This document shows, piece after piece, positions 31,531 to 41,945 of a stretch of 64,000 nucleotides of DNA. Position 1 is the stretch's first letter. Each line of letters begins with the position of its first letter. The translations under genes and the position numbers were made by a program. The notes beneath the pieces are model-generated. The model was not told where the DNA came from and did no database searches. It saw nothing but the letters and a program-made list of their open reading frames with translations. This DNA comes from Hyphomicrobium sp. (GTDB lineage Bacteria > Pseudomonadota > Alphaproteobacteria > Rhizobiales > Hyphomicrobiaceae). The DNA lies in assembly GCF_047600905.1 (NCBI RefSeq), contig NZ_JASGKD010000001.1, positions 3,033,949-3,097,948 of the forward strand, in the 5' to 3' direction.

Positions 31531-32717
31531 TGTAATTTTTCGCTCCCAACGGGCGGGGCGCCCTTGCTTGTGACCAGTACGAGGTAGCCTACGACTGCGG
31601 AAAGAAGTGATCCGGCCATGACGCCAAGGCGGACCTCGGCCGTCAATTTGGGATCCTGAAATGCCAGCAGACCAATGAACAAGCTCATCGTAAAGCCGAT
31701 CCCGCCGAGGATGGCCGTGCCGAAGAGTTGCCTTTGCGAGGCGCCGTGAGGCATCTCGCCCAAGCCGCTGGAGATAATAGTCCGCACCGCGCCGTATATG
31801 CCGAGGGTCTTGCCGAGGAAAAGGCCAAAGGCGATGCCAAGCGGGATTTGCGACAGCATGTCGTTGGTGGACAGCTCACCGAGATAGAGACCGGCGTTGG
31901 CGAACGCGAAAATGGGCATGATCAGGAAGCTGACCCAGGGGCTTAGCGCGTGCTCCAGATGCTTCAAGGGGCCGTCGACGCCTTTGGTCGGGCTGGAGAG
32001 CGGAATCATCAGCGCGGTAATAACGCCGGCGATGGTTGCATGAACTCCCGATTTTAGCACGCACAGCCAGACGAACGCACCGACCACGAGGTAGGGGGCC
32101 GTGCGCATCACATTGAAATAATTGAGGAGCGCCAGCACTGCGATGCCCAGAGCGGCGAGCGAAAGGGCGAGAAACGACAGCTCGGAGGTGTAAAAGAAGG
32201 CGATAATCAGAATGGCTCCCAAGTCGTCGATGATGGCGAGGGCGAGCAGGAACACCTTCAAGGTCGGCGGCACGCGATTGCCGAGCAACGCCATCACGCC
32301 GACGGCGAAGGCGATGTCGGTGGCAGCCGGAATGGCCCAGCCGCGGAGGGCTTCGGCGTTGTTCCAATTGATCGCGGTATAGATCAGCGCCGGGGCCGCC
32401 ATGCCTCCGAGAGCGCCGACGATGGGGAGTATCGCGGCGGCGGGTTTCGACAGCGCGCCGCGAAGTGCTTCGCGTTTGATCTCAAGGCCAACGACCAGGA
32501 AGAAGATCACCATCAGGGCGTCGTTGATCCAGTGAAGAATCTCTTTCGACAGCGCAAACGGCGGCAGGCCGAGCTGAACATGGGTCGCAAAAAAGCGCTC
32601 GTAGGATTCGCGAAGAGGAGAGTTTGCGAAGATCAGGGCCAGGACGGCGGCGGCAAGTAAGACAAGACTGGATGCAACTTCTCGGCTGATACCTGCGGCA
32701 CTCGATTCCGGCTTCAT
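31527..32717 (-). CDS. nhaA: Na+/H+ antiporter NhaA
   Basis: WINDALM, GLEIKRE, PAATDIAF, LAIIDDLG, GIGFTMSLFI. Confidence 0.96.
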   Translation of the reverse strand: MKPESSAAGISREVASSLVLLAAAVLALIFANSPLRESYERFFATHVQLGLPPFALSKEILHWINDALMVIFFLVVGLEIKREALRGALSKPAAAILPIVGALGGMAAPALIYTAINWNNAEALRGWAIPAATDIAFAVGVMALLGNRVPPTLKVFLLALAIIDDLGAILIIAFFYTSELSFLALSLAALGIAVLALLNYFNVMRTAPYLVVGAFVWLCVLKSGVHATIAGVITALMIPLSSPTKGVDGPLKHLEHALSPWVSFLIMPIFAFANAGLYLGELSTNDMLSQIPLGIAFGLFLGKTLGIYGAVRTIISSGLGEMPHGASQRQLFGTAILGGIGFTMSLFIGLLAFQDPKLTAEVRLGVMAGSLLSAVVGYLVLVTSKGAPPVGSEKLQ

Positions 32718-32814
32718 CTTCGGGTGTTGTCCTCAGTCGGCGTGATCTCCGGAAAAGCTATGCCTTGGCATGAGGACGGCAGCAAGCCGAAGTGGAAAAA
32801 CGCGCGGATTTGGC

Positions 32815-33639
32815 TCATGAAATCGGCGCGATCTGGGCGGGCGTCACTCCAGTGGTCCAATCGACGAGATAGGGCTTGAGATAGTCGGCGCCGCGGCTTG
32901 CCTGAAGCACACAGCGAACGCCGGCGATGGCATAGGCGAGTGCTTGCTCCGGCCGGTCTCCCAGCATCAGCCGCGCGGTGAGACAACCGGCGAAGACGTC
33001 GCCGGTTCCGTGCGGGACGTCGCGCCATTTTTCAACGCTTCCGAGCCATTTGCGGCCGTCAGCGATGAAAGCCGTTGCGAGAACGCCGTCGCCGTCGGGG
33101 ATTGACGTTCCCGCGATGATCGGGCGGCCGAGTTGTGCAATCGCATCGAAGGCATCGGCGGGGGTGGCGACGTCGCGGCCAGAGAGCCACGACAACTCGA
33201 AGCGATTGGGCGTCAAGACGTCGGCCAGCGGGACGAGCAGATCGCGAATGGCACGGGCGGCCTTCTCGTCGATGTAAAGGCCGCCGGGGTCGTCGCCGAA
33301 AATCGGATCGCAGACGAAGAGGATTTCCGGCCTTATGGTTTTGAGGCGCGTCACCGCCGACGCCACCATCTCGACGTGCTGTACCGACGGCAGATAGCCG
33401 GAAAAGACCGCGTCGAATGATGCCAGCCAGCCGTTGTCGGCGAGCGCGCGGACCATATCGCCGAGAAGCCTCGGATCGAGCGTGATACCGGCGATGTGGG
33501 CGCGGATCGGATGGTTCGAAAGTACGACGGTCGGCAAGCCGACCACCTCTATCCCGGCGCGCTGCAACGGCGGCGCAGTCGCGGTGAGACCCACAGGATC
33601 GCGCGCCACGTAAGAGGAAATCATCAAAATTCGGCGCAT
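32815..33639 (-). CDS. pdxK: Pyridoxal/pyridoxine kinase (PdxK/PdxY family)
   Basis: ISSYVA...VG, LPTVVLSNHP, VCDPIFGD, LTPNRFEL, HGTGDVF. Confidence 0.85.
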   Translation of the reverse strand: MRRILMISSYVARDPVGLTATAPPLQRAGIEVVGLPTVVLSNHPIRAHIAGITLDPRLLGDMVRALADNGWLASFDAVFSGYLPSVQHVEMVASAVTRLKTIRPEILFVCDPIFGDDPGGLYIDEKAARAIRDLLVPLADVLTPNRFELSWLSGRDVATPADAFDAIAQLGRPIIAGTSIPDGDGVLATAFIADGRKWLGSVEKWRDVPHGTGDVFAGCLTARLMLGDRPEQALAYAIAGVRCVLQASRGADYLKPYLVDWTTGVTPAQIAPIS

Positions 33640-33795
33640 GGGGACCGCACGTCCGTTGCAGGGGTGGTTGCTTGAAGATTTCTGGCCGGCGAGGAAACGC
33701 GATGGTGATTTATTCAAAAGTCTAGCCGAGGTCGATGTTGCAAACGCGCATGTTGCGATGCAAAATCCCATTCGAGCCGTACGGGAGCCGAGGCG

Positions 33796-34695
33796 ATGGC
33801 CATGAGACCGAGACGCAGCGTCCTTTATTTGCCAGGGGACAACGAGCGCGCTCTGGAAAAAGCAAAATCGCTGCCCGCCGATGCGATCATCATCGATCTT
33901 GAGGACTCGGTCGCGCCCCAGAACAAAGAGAAAGCGCGTTCACAGGCGACGGCCGCGATTCACGAACGCGGGTTCGGGTCGCGCGAAGTCGTCCTGCGCG
34001 TCAATCCGATCGAGACGCCCTGGGGAATGGCGGATCTGCACGCGGCGATGGCTGCCGTGCCCGACGCGATCCTTATCCCTAAGGTTTCGAATTCAGGCGA
34101 CATCACCGGCACGGCGAAAGTCGTCAAGGCGGCGGATGCCGATCCGCGCATCCGGCTCTGGGCGATGATCGAGACGCCGATGGGCATCATCAACGCCAAG
34201 GAAATCGCGGCGTGCGCGCCCGATCAGGACAACCGCCTGGTGTGCTTCGTTCTGGGCACGAACGATCTGCTCAAGGAGAGCCGGGCGCTCGCGAGCCGCA
34301 ACCGGTTCGCGGTCGTGCCGTGGCTTGCCATGACGCTGGTCGCGGCGCGCGCCTACGGGCTCGACGTGATCGACGGCGTCTACAACGATTTCAAGGATGA
34401 ATCGGGTTTTCGCGCCGAGTGCGAGCATGGCCGGACGCTTGGCATGGACGGCAAGACGCTGATCCATCCGTCGCAGGTCGTGCCGTGCAACGAGGTGTTT
34501 TCGCCGACGATCGATGAAATCGCCTGGGCGCGCAAGGTGATCAAGGCCTTCGACGAGCCGGAGAATGCGCGCAAGGGGGTTATCACGGTCGAAGGACGCA
34601 TGGTGGAGCGACTGCATCTCGTCATGGCGAAGCGGGTTGCCGCGATCGCGGAAGCGATCAACGCCCGATCGAAAGTCGAGGAGCCGTGGTTTTAG
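33796..34695 (+). CDS. CitE/HpcH-HpaI family CoA-ester lyase (Mcl2 / malyl-CoA thioesterase-like)
   Basis: RSVLYLPG..ERALEKA, DLEDSV, MIETP, GTNDL, GMDGKTLIHP. Confidence 0.85.
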   Translation: MAMRPRRSVLYLPGDNERALEKAKSLPADAIIIDLEDSVAPQNKEKARSQATAAIHERGFGSREVVLRVNPIETPWGMADLHAAMAAVPDAILIPKVSNSGDITGTAKVVKAADADPRIRLWAMIETPMGIINAKEIAACAPDQDNRLVCFVLGTNDLLKESRALASRNRFAVVPWLAMTLVAARAYGLDVIDGVYNDFKDESGFRAECEHGRTLGMDGKTLIHPSQVVPCNEVFSPTIDEIAWARKVIKAFDEPENARKGVITVEGRMVERLHLVMAKRVAAIAEAINARSKVEEPWF

Positions 34696-34836
34696 TAAAC
34701 GCGCCTGCCGATCTCTCGTGCGGCCCTTGATCGCGTCCTTAAGATTTCAAAAAGGGTTGCGGTTCGCGGCCGACATCTCGAAAACAACGAAAAAGCCGAA
34801 GCCTGCGCAGCCGGGCTTCCCTAGACACAGGGCGGG

Positions 34837-35898
34837 ATGATGGTCGGGACCAAGACGAACGCTGGGAATTTCTTCGAAGATTTCGCCTACGGCCAGATCA
34901 TCCATCATCCGACGCCACGGACCGTCACCGTCGGCGACGTGGCGCTTTATACGTCGCTCTATGGCTCGCGCTTCGCGGTGCAATCGGCCGATACGTTCGC
35001 GAAAGCGATCGGCTATCCGAAATCGCCGCTCGATGATCTTCTGACGTTTCATGTCGTGTTCGGAAAAACGACGCCGGAAATTTCGCTCAATGCGATTGCC
35101 AACCTCGGCTATGCCGATTGCAAGTTTTTAAAGCCGGTCTATCCGGAAGATACGCTGACGGCGACGTCGGAAGTGATCGGTCTCAAGGAAAACTCGAACG
35201 GCGAAACGGGCACGGTCTACGTCCGCTCGACGGGGCGCAATCAGAACGGCGAAGTCGTGCTCGAGTATTGCCGCTGGGTTATGGTGCGCAAGCGATCGAA
35301 GGGTTCTCCGGCGCCGGAAGCAGTGGTGCCGAAACTTCCCGAGCGTGTCGATCCAGCCGATCTTGCGACGGCCGTGCCGGCGATCGACGTCGGCAAATGG
35401 GATTTCGATCTTTCCGGCTCGAAGCACCGGTGGGACGATTATGAGCCCGGCGAGAAGATCGATCACGTCGACGGCATGACGCTGGAAGAAGCCGAGCATC
35501 AGATTGCGACGCGGCTTTATCAGAACACGGCCAAAGTCCATTTCAACCAGCATACGGAATTGAAGGGCCGGTTCGGCAAGCGGATCGTCTACGGCGGCGT
35601 CGTCATATCGCTGGTGCGCGGCCTCTCGTACAACGGCCTTGGGAATGCCTTTCATCTCGCCGCCATCAATGGCGGCAGGCACGTGGCGCCGACGTTTGCG
35701 GGCGATACGATCTACGCATGGTCGGAGGTGCTGGAGAAAGCTGAAATTCCCGGGCGGAAGGATGTAGGTGCGCTGCGCGTTCGGATGGTCGGCGTCAAAA
35801 ATCAGGATTGTTCTTCCCTTCCCCTCAAGACGCCGACGGGCGAATATGCCGAAGGGGTTGTCCTCGATCTCGATACGTGGCTTGTGCTGCCCCGCTAA
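34837..35898 (+). CDS. mch: Double-MaoC hydratase, mesaconyl-CoA (2-methylfumaryl-CoA) hydratase-like
   Basis: GNFFEDF, VFGKT...ISLNAIANLGYA, RLYQNTAKVHF, VYGG; two hot-dog domains. Confidence 0.8.
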   Translation: MMVGTKTNAGNFFEDFAYGQIIHHPTPRTVTVGDVALYTSLYGSRFAVQSADTFAKAIGYPKSPLDDLLTFHVVFGKTTPEISLNAIANLGYADCKFLKPVYPEDTLTATSEVIGLKENSNGETGTVYVRSTGRNQNGEVVLEYCRWVMVRKRSKGSPAPEAVVPKLPERVDPADLATAVPAIDVGKWDFDLSGSKHRWDDYEPGEKIDHVDGMTLEEAEHQIATRLYQNTAKVHFNQHTELKGRFGKRIVYGGVVISLVRGLSYNGLGNAFHLAAINGGRHVAPTFAGDTIYAWSEVLEKAEIPGRKDVGALRVRMVGVKNQDCSSLPLKTPTGEYAEGVVLDLDTWLVLPR

Positions 35899-35956
35899 GG
35901 CCGGATTGGTCTGGGATGACCTCGGCGGATAGCTGGGGAGGCAGGGAGCGGGTCGC

Positions 35957-36484
35957 ATGATGTTCGGGACGCTGAGACGTGCTGCGTTGGGGTTGCTCGT
36001 TCTGATTTTGCCTGTTCGGGCGAACGCGGCCGGTGAAGCGGCGGTGGCAGAGATCAAACTTGCCGACGGATCGAGCGCGGGAACCATCACTTTGACGGAG
36101 GTCGCTGCCGGCGTGCTTTTGAAGGTCGATCTCAAAGGATTGCCGCCCGGGGCGCACGGTTTTCATGTGCATGAAGCCGGCAAATGCGAGGGCGATTTTT
36201 CCTCCGCCAGCGCCATCTACAACCCGCTCGGCGCCAAGCACGGATTTCTCAACGATGAAGGGCCGATGGCGGGCGATCTTCCGAATATCGTGGCTGGTCC
36301 CGACGGCACGGCGCGCGCCGAGCTGATGAGCACCTATCTCCATCTCAACATGAATGATGACGAGACGCTGTTTGATGCCGACGGATCGTCGATCGTGATC
36401 TACGAAAAGGCCGACGACTACCAGAGCGATCCCGAGGGTGGCGGCGACAAGCGGATCGGCTGCGGCGTGATCACGAAAAAGTAG
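35957..36484 (+). CDS. Periplasmic Cu/Zn superoxide dismutase-like protein with degenerate metal site
   Basis: Signal peptide, HGFHVH, GDLPNI, RIGCGVI; three His ligands substituted. Confidence 0.85.
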   Translation: MMFGTLRRAALGLLVLILPVRANAAGEAAVAEIKLADGSSAGTITLTEVAAGVLLKVDLKGLPPGAHGFHVHEAGKCEGDFSSASAIYNPLGAKHGFLNDEGPMAGDLPNIVAGPDGTARAELMSTYLHLNMNDDETLFDADGSSIVIYEKADDYQSDPEGGGDKRIGCGVITKK

Positions 36485-36621
36485 CAGGGGCGCGATCGAC
36501 TTTGCGCGCGTTCGGGTTGCTGCGAATCAGGCAGCCGGTTCAATAATTTTTCAGCGGCGGTAGGCTAGATTGTGCGTATACGGCATAATCGCCGCGTCAT
36601 GGCTATTTGAAGCGAGGCACG

Positions 36622-37599
36622 GTGGGGAAGAAAGTTGCCATCATCGGGGCGGGGCTGGCGGGCCTGACGTGCGCCCGCACGTTGCGGCAGGCCGGCATCG
36701 CGATCGAGGTTTTCGAGGCAGAGGGGCATGCCGGCGGACGCATCGCGACGATGTGCGCCGGCAACGATCGTTTTGATCATGGGGCGCAGTATCTGTGTGC
36801 CCAATCCGATGAATTTCGGTCTTATCTCGCCGAGATTTCGGGTCTTGGCTATGCGGACCAATGGTTGCCGCGCGTTGCCGAAGCCGAAGGGCACCGTGTC
36901 CTCGGAGGCGAACCCTGGATCGTCGGCGTGCCGGGGATGTCATCGATCGTGCGGCCGCTTACGGACGGTGTCAGGGTCGCGTTCGGGCGCCGGGTGCAGT
37001 CACTCGAACAGCGCGAAAAGGGATGGCATCTCTGGTTCGAGGACGAGAAATCGTCCGGGCCGTTCGACTTTGTCGCCATCGCGGTCCCAGCGGCGGAGGC
37101 GATGCGGCTGCTTGATCCAATCAAGGGTTTTGCGCCGACTTTGCGGCGGGTGCGCATGCTGCCTTGCTGGGCGCTGATGGTGCGCATCGACGACAAGACG
37201 TTTCCGGACCTGGACGTGTTCAGGAACGTTTCGCAAGTTCTGCATTGGATCGCCCGCGACAACTCGAAGCCGGGGCGCGAGCCAAATGGCGAGACACTGG
37301 TTGCGCACGCCTCGCCGGCATGGAGCTTTGCGGCCGAACAGGGCGACGCGATGGACGTTGCAGAGGAACTCTGGAGCGAGGTCGGTGCTGTTCTCGGTCT
37401 GTCGCCGGTCAGGCCATCGCGGATGCTGGCGTATCTCTGGCGGCAGAGCATCGTCGGGCAGGCGCTGGGCGAAACGCATCTTTATTCGGCGGAATCACGG
37501 GTTGGCGTTGCCGGAGACTGGTGCCTTGGCGCATTTGCGGAACATGCTTTCACGAGCGGCAACCATCTCGGGCGGGCGATCGCGGCCGCGATCGGGTGA
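36622..37599 (+). CDS. FAD/NAD(P)-dependent oxidoreductase (renalase-like)
   Basis: GAGLAGL, GGRIAT, FDHGAQY, AGDWCLG. Confidence 0.85.
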   Translation: MGKKVAIIGAGLAGLTCARTLRQAGIAIEVFEAEGHAGGRIATMCAGNDRFDHGAQYLCAQSDEFRSYLAEISGLGYADQWLPRVAEAEGHRVLGGEPWIVGVPGMSSIVRPLTDGVRVAFGRRVQSLEQREKGWHLWFEDEKSSGPFDFVAIAVPAAEAMRLLDPIKGFAPTLRRVRMLPCWALMVRIDDKTFPDLDVFRNVSQVLHWIARDNSKPGREPNGETLVAHASPAWSFAAEQGDAMDVAEELWSEVGAVLGLSPVRPSRMLAYLWRQSIVGQALGETHLYSAESRVGVAGDWCLGAFAEHAFTSGNHLGRAIAAAIG

Positions 37600-37690
37600 C
37601 GGCGCCTTGGAATTGATGTGGCATTTGGCGAATTGCCGCGCCCGGTCCGAGAGGCTAAACATTCGCGTCAAACAATAAGAAGGACGTCCG

Positions 37691-38101
37691 ATGGCAGTTA
37701 CATCCGGCCGTGGCACGCGCCCCGAGCGGCCCCTTTCGCCACACCTTCAAATCTACGCTCCGCTGATCAACATGGTGATGTCGATCGTGCATCGCATCAC
37801 GGGGGCAGCGCTTTATTTTGGTTCGCTGCTGCTGGCCTGGTGGCTCGTGTCGGCCGCGATCGGTCCCGACGCCTACGATTACTTTCTGAGTTTGTGCAAC
37901 ACCTGGATCGGCAAGCTCGTGCTCATCGGATACACCTGGGTTCTGATGCATCACATGATGGGCGGCATCCGGCATTTCATCTGGGACACCGGATACGGCT
38001 ACGATCTGGAAACGGTCGACCTGCTGTCGTGGGGATCGCTTGCCGCATCGCTGGCGTTGACGGCCATCGTCTGGATCTCCGTCGCAATGGGAGCGATCTG
38101 A
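37691..38101 (+). CDS. sdhC: Succinate dehydrogenase cytochrome b556 subunit
   Basis: RPLSPHLQIY, SIVHRITG, GGIRHFIWD. Confidence 0.96.
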   Translation: MAVTSGRGTRPERPLSPHLQIYAPLINMVMSIVHRITGAALYFGSLLLAWWLVSAAIGPDAYDYFLSLCNTWIGKLVLIGYTWVLMHHMMGGIRHFIWDTGYGYDLETVDLLSWGSLAASLALTAIVWISVAMGAI

Positions 38102-38484
38102 TGACTTCGATGCGCACGCCGCTGAAGACGGTTCGCTATCTCGGCTCGGCAAAAGAAGGTGCCGACCATTTCTGGAAACAGCGCGTGACTGCGGTCGCGA
38201 ACGTGTTTCTCGGCCTCTTTCTGGTGTGGCTGATTGCGTCGCTGCTCGGCGCCGACTATGCCACCGTGAAGCAGAAGCTCAGCCATCCGCTCATCGCCGT
38301 GCCGCTGCTGGGGCTTATAATCTCGGGCACGGTCCATATGCGGATCGGCATGCAGGTGATCATCGAGGATTATGTGCATGAAGAAGGGCTTAAGGTCGTC
38401 GCTTTGATGCTCAATACGTTTTTTGCCATTGCCGTTGCTCTTGCGAGCATATTCTCGATTTTGAAACTGAGTTTTGGAGCCTGA
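38101..38484 (+). CDS. sdhD: Succinate dehydrogenase membrane anchor subunit
   Basis: [27 protein letters not shown]. Confidence 0.96.
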   Translation: MTSMRTPLKTVRYLGSAKEGADHFWKQRVTAVANVFLGLFLVWLIASLLGADYATVKQKLSHPLIAVPLLGLIISGTVHMRIGMQVIIEDYVHEEGLKVVALMLNTFFAIAVALASIFSILKLSFGA

Positions 38485-38488
38485 GCCG

Positions 38489-40336
38489 ATGTCCGCAGTG
38501 AATGGCAAGGCCAACGGCGCGAGCGCCGCGCCATCGCAGATCGGAAAAGCCTATCCGCTGCACGATCATGTCTATGACGTGGTCGTCGTCGGAGCGGGCG
38601 GCGCGGGGCTTCGCGCGACGCTTGGATGTGCCGAAGCGGGCCTCAAGACGGCTTGCGTGACGAAGGTTTTCCCGACCCGCTCGCATACGGTTGCGGCGCA
38701 GGGCGGCGTTGCGGCGGCGCTGGGCAACATGGGCCGGGACGACTGGCGCTGGCACATGTACGACACCGTCAAAGGTTCCGACTGGCTCGGAGATCAGGAC
38801 GCCATCGAATATCTGTGCCGCAATGCACCTGCGGCCGTTTACGAGTTGGAACACTACGGCGTGCCGTTCTCGCGTACGGAAGACGGCAAGATCTATCAGC
38901 GGCCGTTCGGCGGCATGACGACCGATTACGGCGAAGGGCCGCCGGCGCAGCGGACGTGCGCCGCCGCCGACCGCACCGGCCACGCGATGCTGCATACGCT
39001 TTACGGACAGTCGCTGAGGCACGCGGCGGAATTCTTCATCGAATATTTCGCCCTCGATCTCATCATGGATCAGGACGGCGCCTGCCGGGGCATCATCGCG
39101 CTGAACCTCGATGACGGCACGCTGCATCGCTTCCGCTCGAAGAAGACGATCCTAGCGACGGGCGGCTACGGACGGACGTATTTCTCGTGCACATCGGCGC
39201 ACACCTGTACCGGCGACGGCAACGCCATGGTGCTGCGCGCGGGCCTGCCGCTGCAGGACATGGAATTCGTGCAGTTTCACCCGACCGGCATTTACGGCGC
39301 GGGCGTGCTGATTACCGAAGGCGCGCGCGGCGAAGGCGGCTACCTGACGAATGGCAAAGGTGAGCGCTTCATGGAGCGCTATGCACCGCATGCGAAAGAT
39401 TTGGCCTCGCGCGATGTCGTCTCGCGCTCGATGACAATTGAGATTCGCGAAGGCCGCGGCGTTGGGCCGGATGCGGATCACATCTTCCTGCATCTCGACC
39501 ATCTCGATCCGAAGATTCTCGCGGAGCGCCTGCCGGGCATTACCGAAAGCGCCAAAGTCTTTGCAGGCGTCGATCTTCGACGCCAGCCAATCCCGGTGTT
39601 GCCGACGGTGCATTACAACATGGGCGGTATCCCGACCAACTATCACGGCGAAGTGCTGACCAAGAAGAACGGCGATCCGGATCATATCGTGCCGGGCCTT
39701 ATGGCGATCGGCGAAGCGGCGTGCGTGTCCGTGCACGGCGCCAACCGTCTGGGTTCGAATTCGCTCATCGACCTCGTGGTGTTCGGACGTGCGGCGGGCT
39801 TGCGCTGTGCCGAGACGATCGAGAATGGTCTGGCGCAACCGGACCTTCCGAAAGATGCGCATGAGCCGGCACTGGCGCGGCTCGATCATTTCCGCTACGC
39901 CAAGGGCTCGACGCCGACGGCTGCGCTTCGCCTGCGCATGCAGAAGATCATGCAATCGAACTGCGCCGTCTTCCGCGACGGCCCCGTGCTGAAGGAAGGC
40001 GTCGAAAAGATCGGCCAAGTCTGGCGCGATGCGGCGGACATTTCGGTCACCGACCGGTCGCTGATCTGGAACTCGGATCTGGTCGAGACGCTTGAATTCG
40101 ACAATCTGATCGCGCAGGCGGCGGTGACCGTCGTCGGCGCTGAAAACAGGCAGGAAAGCCGCGGGGCGCATGCGCGCGAAGACTTTCCGAAGCGCGATGA
40201 TGTCAACTGGATGAAGCACACGCTGGCGTGGGCCGACTACGGCACTAAAACCGTCAAGCTCGACGACCGGCCGGTGCACACCAAGACCATGACCAACGAG
40301 GTCAAATATATCGAGCCCAAGGCCCGCGTTTATTGA
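38489..40336 (+). CDS. sdhA: Succinate dehydrogenase flavoprotein subunit
   Basis: [41 protein letters not shown]. Confidence 0.99.
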   Translation: MSAVNGKANGASAAPSQIGKAYPLHDHVYDVVVVGAGGAGLRATLGCAEAGLKTACVTKVFPTRSHTVAAQGGVAAALGNMGRDDWRWHMYDTVKGSDWLGDQDAIEYLCRNAPAAVYELEHYGVPFSRTEDGKIYQRPFGGMTTDYGEGPPAQRTCAAADRTGHAMLHTLYGQSLRHAAEFFIEYFALDLIMDQDGACRGIIALNLDDGTLHRFRSKKTILATGGYGRTYFSCTSAHTCTGDGNAMVLRAGLPLQDMEFVQFHPTGIYGAGVLITEGARGEGGYLTNGKGERFMERYAPHAKDLASRDVVSRSMTIEIREGRGVGPDADHIFLHLDHLDPKILAERLPGITESAKVFAGVDLRRQPIPVLPTVHYNMGGIPTNYHGEVLTKKNGDPDHIVPGLMAIGEAACVSVHGANRLGSNSLIDLVVFGRAAGLRCAETIENGLAQPDLPKDAHEPALARLDHFRYAKGSTPTAALRLRMQKIMQSNCAVFRDGPVLKEGVEKIGQVWRDAADISVTDRSLIWNSDLVETLEFDNLIAQAAVTVVGAENRQESRGAHAREDFPKRDDVNWMKHTLAWADYGTKTVKLDDRPVHTKTMTNEVKYIEPKARVY

Positions 40337-40467
40337 GCCCTTCTGGACATACCGAGTACAAATAGCGCCGTCACAGGAAGTCGCTTATGGTGCGGCCGCT
40401 ATCGAGAAGGGCGCACCTCAACGTGAGCAAGATCAGTACCGACGCAGGCGACGACGCCGACACGCGC

Positions 40468-41022
40468 ATGTCGCCGGATCCGTTCGCCGCGGTGCTCCCG
40501 GCGTTGGCGGCGCTTGGCGCCATCGCATCGATCGCCGCGATCAACTGGTCGGGGCAGGAGAAGGTCGCGACGCGCACCCGGACCAAACGCAAGACCGGTG
40601 CGGCACTGCGCGATCTGGAGACCTGCTGTCTCGGGCTTTCCGAGATTTTCAAAAGGTTCCGCAAGCACCCGAGGGTTTTTGCCGGTGAAGGCGGGCAGGC
40701 GGCGGCGCCGCTCAAGTTTGGAGTCCACGGTCAGCGCATCCGTGCCGACGCCCAGCGGCTTTATCTGCAACTGATGAACGATATCGCCTCGATGCTGGTG
40801 CTCGCCGCGCAGAATGCCTTCGACGTGATGACGGCGATCGAGGACGGGGATATCGAGGCCCCAGAGGAAATTTTCTTCGGCTTTGGCGAGCAGCAGGAGC
40901 GGCTCAACGAGGTCATACAGTCGCGGGTGCCGCTCAGGGCCGCGGTCGATACCGGCGGCGAGATCGCCGACCGGCTGGTCGAGCTCGTTCGCGAGCTCAA
41001 GAAGCACCAGAAAGCCGGCTGA
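40468..41022 (+). CDS. Hypothetical protein with N-terminal hydrophobic helix, inside the sdh operon
   Basis: Clean ORF with host-like codon usage between sdhA and sdhB; no recognised motif; start could be 40387. Confidence 0.7.
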   Translation: MSPDPFAAVLPALAALGAIASIAAINWSGQEKVATRTRTKRKTGAALRDLETCCLGLSEIFKRFRKHPRVFAGEGGQAAAPLKFGVHGQRIRADAQRLYLQLMNDIASMLVLAAQNAFDVMTAIEDGDIEAPEEIFFGFGEQQERLNEVIQSRVPLRAAVDTGGEIADRLVELVRELKKHQKAG

Positions 41023-41128
41023 CGCCAAAGAACCGCATACGTCGCGCCGGCATGCCGTTGACAGGGGAGCAGGTTCAAGCTTCTGTCAACGCCACAAAGC
41101 TTTCGATGGTGGGGACAGCGGCAGTCTC

Positions 41129-41908
41129 ATGGTTCAACTCACTCTTCCGAAGAATTCAAAGATCTCCGAAGGCAAGACCTGGAACCGGCCGGACCGCGAC
41201 GGCGATTGGAAAGAATTTCGGATCTATCGCTGGAATCCCGACGATGCGCGCAACCCGCGGGTCGACACCTATCACATCGACCGCAAGCAGTGCGGGCCGA
41301 TGGTTCTCGATGCTCTGATCAAGATCAAGAATGAGATCGACCCGACGCTGACGTTTCGGCGGTCGTGCCGCGAGGGAATTTGCGGCTCGTGCGCGATGAA
41401 CATCGACGGCACCAACACGCTCGCCTGCCTCAAGGGCATCGAGGACGTGAAGGGGGCGGTGAAGATCTATCCGCTGCCACACACCGAGGTCATCAAGGAT
41501 CTGGTGCCCGATCTCACCAATTTCTACGCGCAGCATCGCTCGATCGAGCCGTGGCTCAAGACCGATACGCCGACGCCGCCGAAAGAATGGAAGCAGTCGC
41601 GCGAGGATCGCGAGAAGCTCGACGGGCTTTATGAGTGCATTCTATGTGCGTGCTGCTCGACATCGTGCCCGAGCTACTGGTGGAATTCGGATCGCTATCT
41701 CGGTCCGGCCATTCTTCTGCAGGCCTACCGTTGGATCAACGACAGCCGCGACGAAGCGACGGGCGAGCGGCTCGACAATCTGGAAGATCCGTTCCGACTT
41801 TACCGCTGTCACACGATCATGAACTGCGCCAAGGCCTGCCCAAAGGGATTGTCGCCCGCGAAAGCCATTGCCGAACTCAAGAAACTGATGGTCGAGCGCC
41901 GCGTGTAA
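41129..41908 (+). CDS. sdhB: Succinate dehydrogenase iron-sulfur subunit
   Basis: [35 protein letters not shown]. Confidence 0.99.
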   Translation: MVQLTLPKNSKISEGKTWNRPDRDGDWKEFRIYRWNPDDARNPRVDTYHIDRKQCGPMVLDALIKIKNEIDPTLTFRRSCREGICGSCAMNIDGTNTLACLKGIEDVKGAVKIYPLPHTEVIKDLVPDLTNFYAQHRSIEPWLKTDTPTPPKEWKQSREDREKLDGLYECILCACCSTSCPSYWWNSDRYLGPAILLQAYRWINDSRDEATGERLDNLEDPFRLYRCHTIMNCAKACPKGLSPAKAIAELKKLMVERRV

Positions 41909-41945
41909 ACCTCCGGCTCGATCGCGTCATCTGATAGGAGCGACC

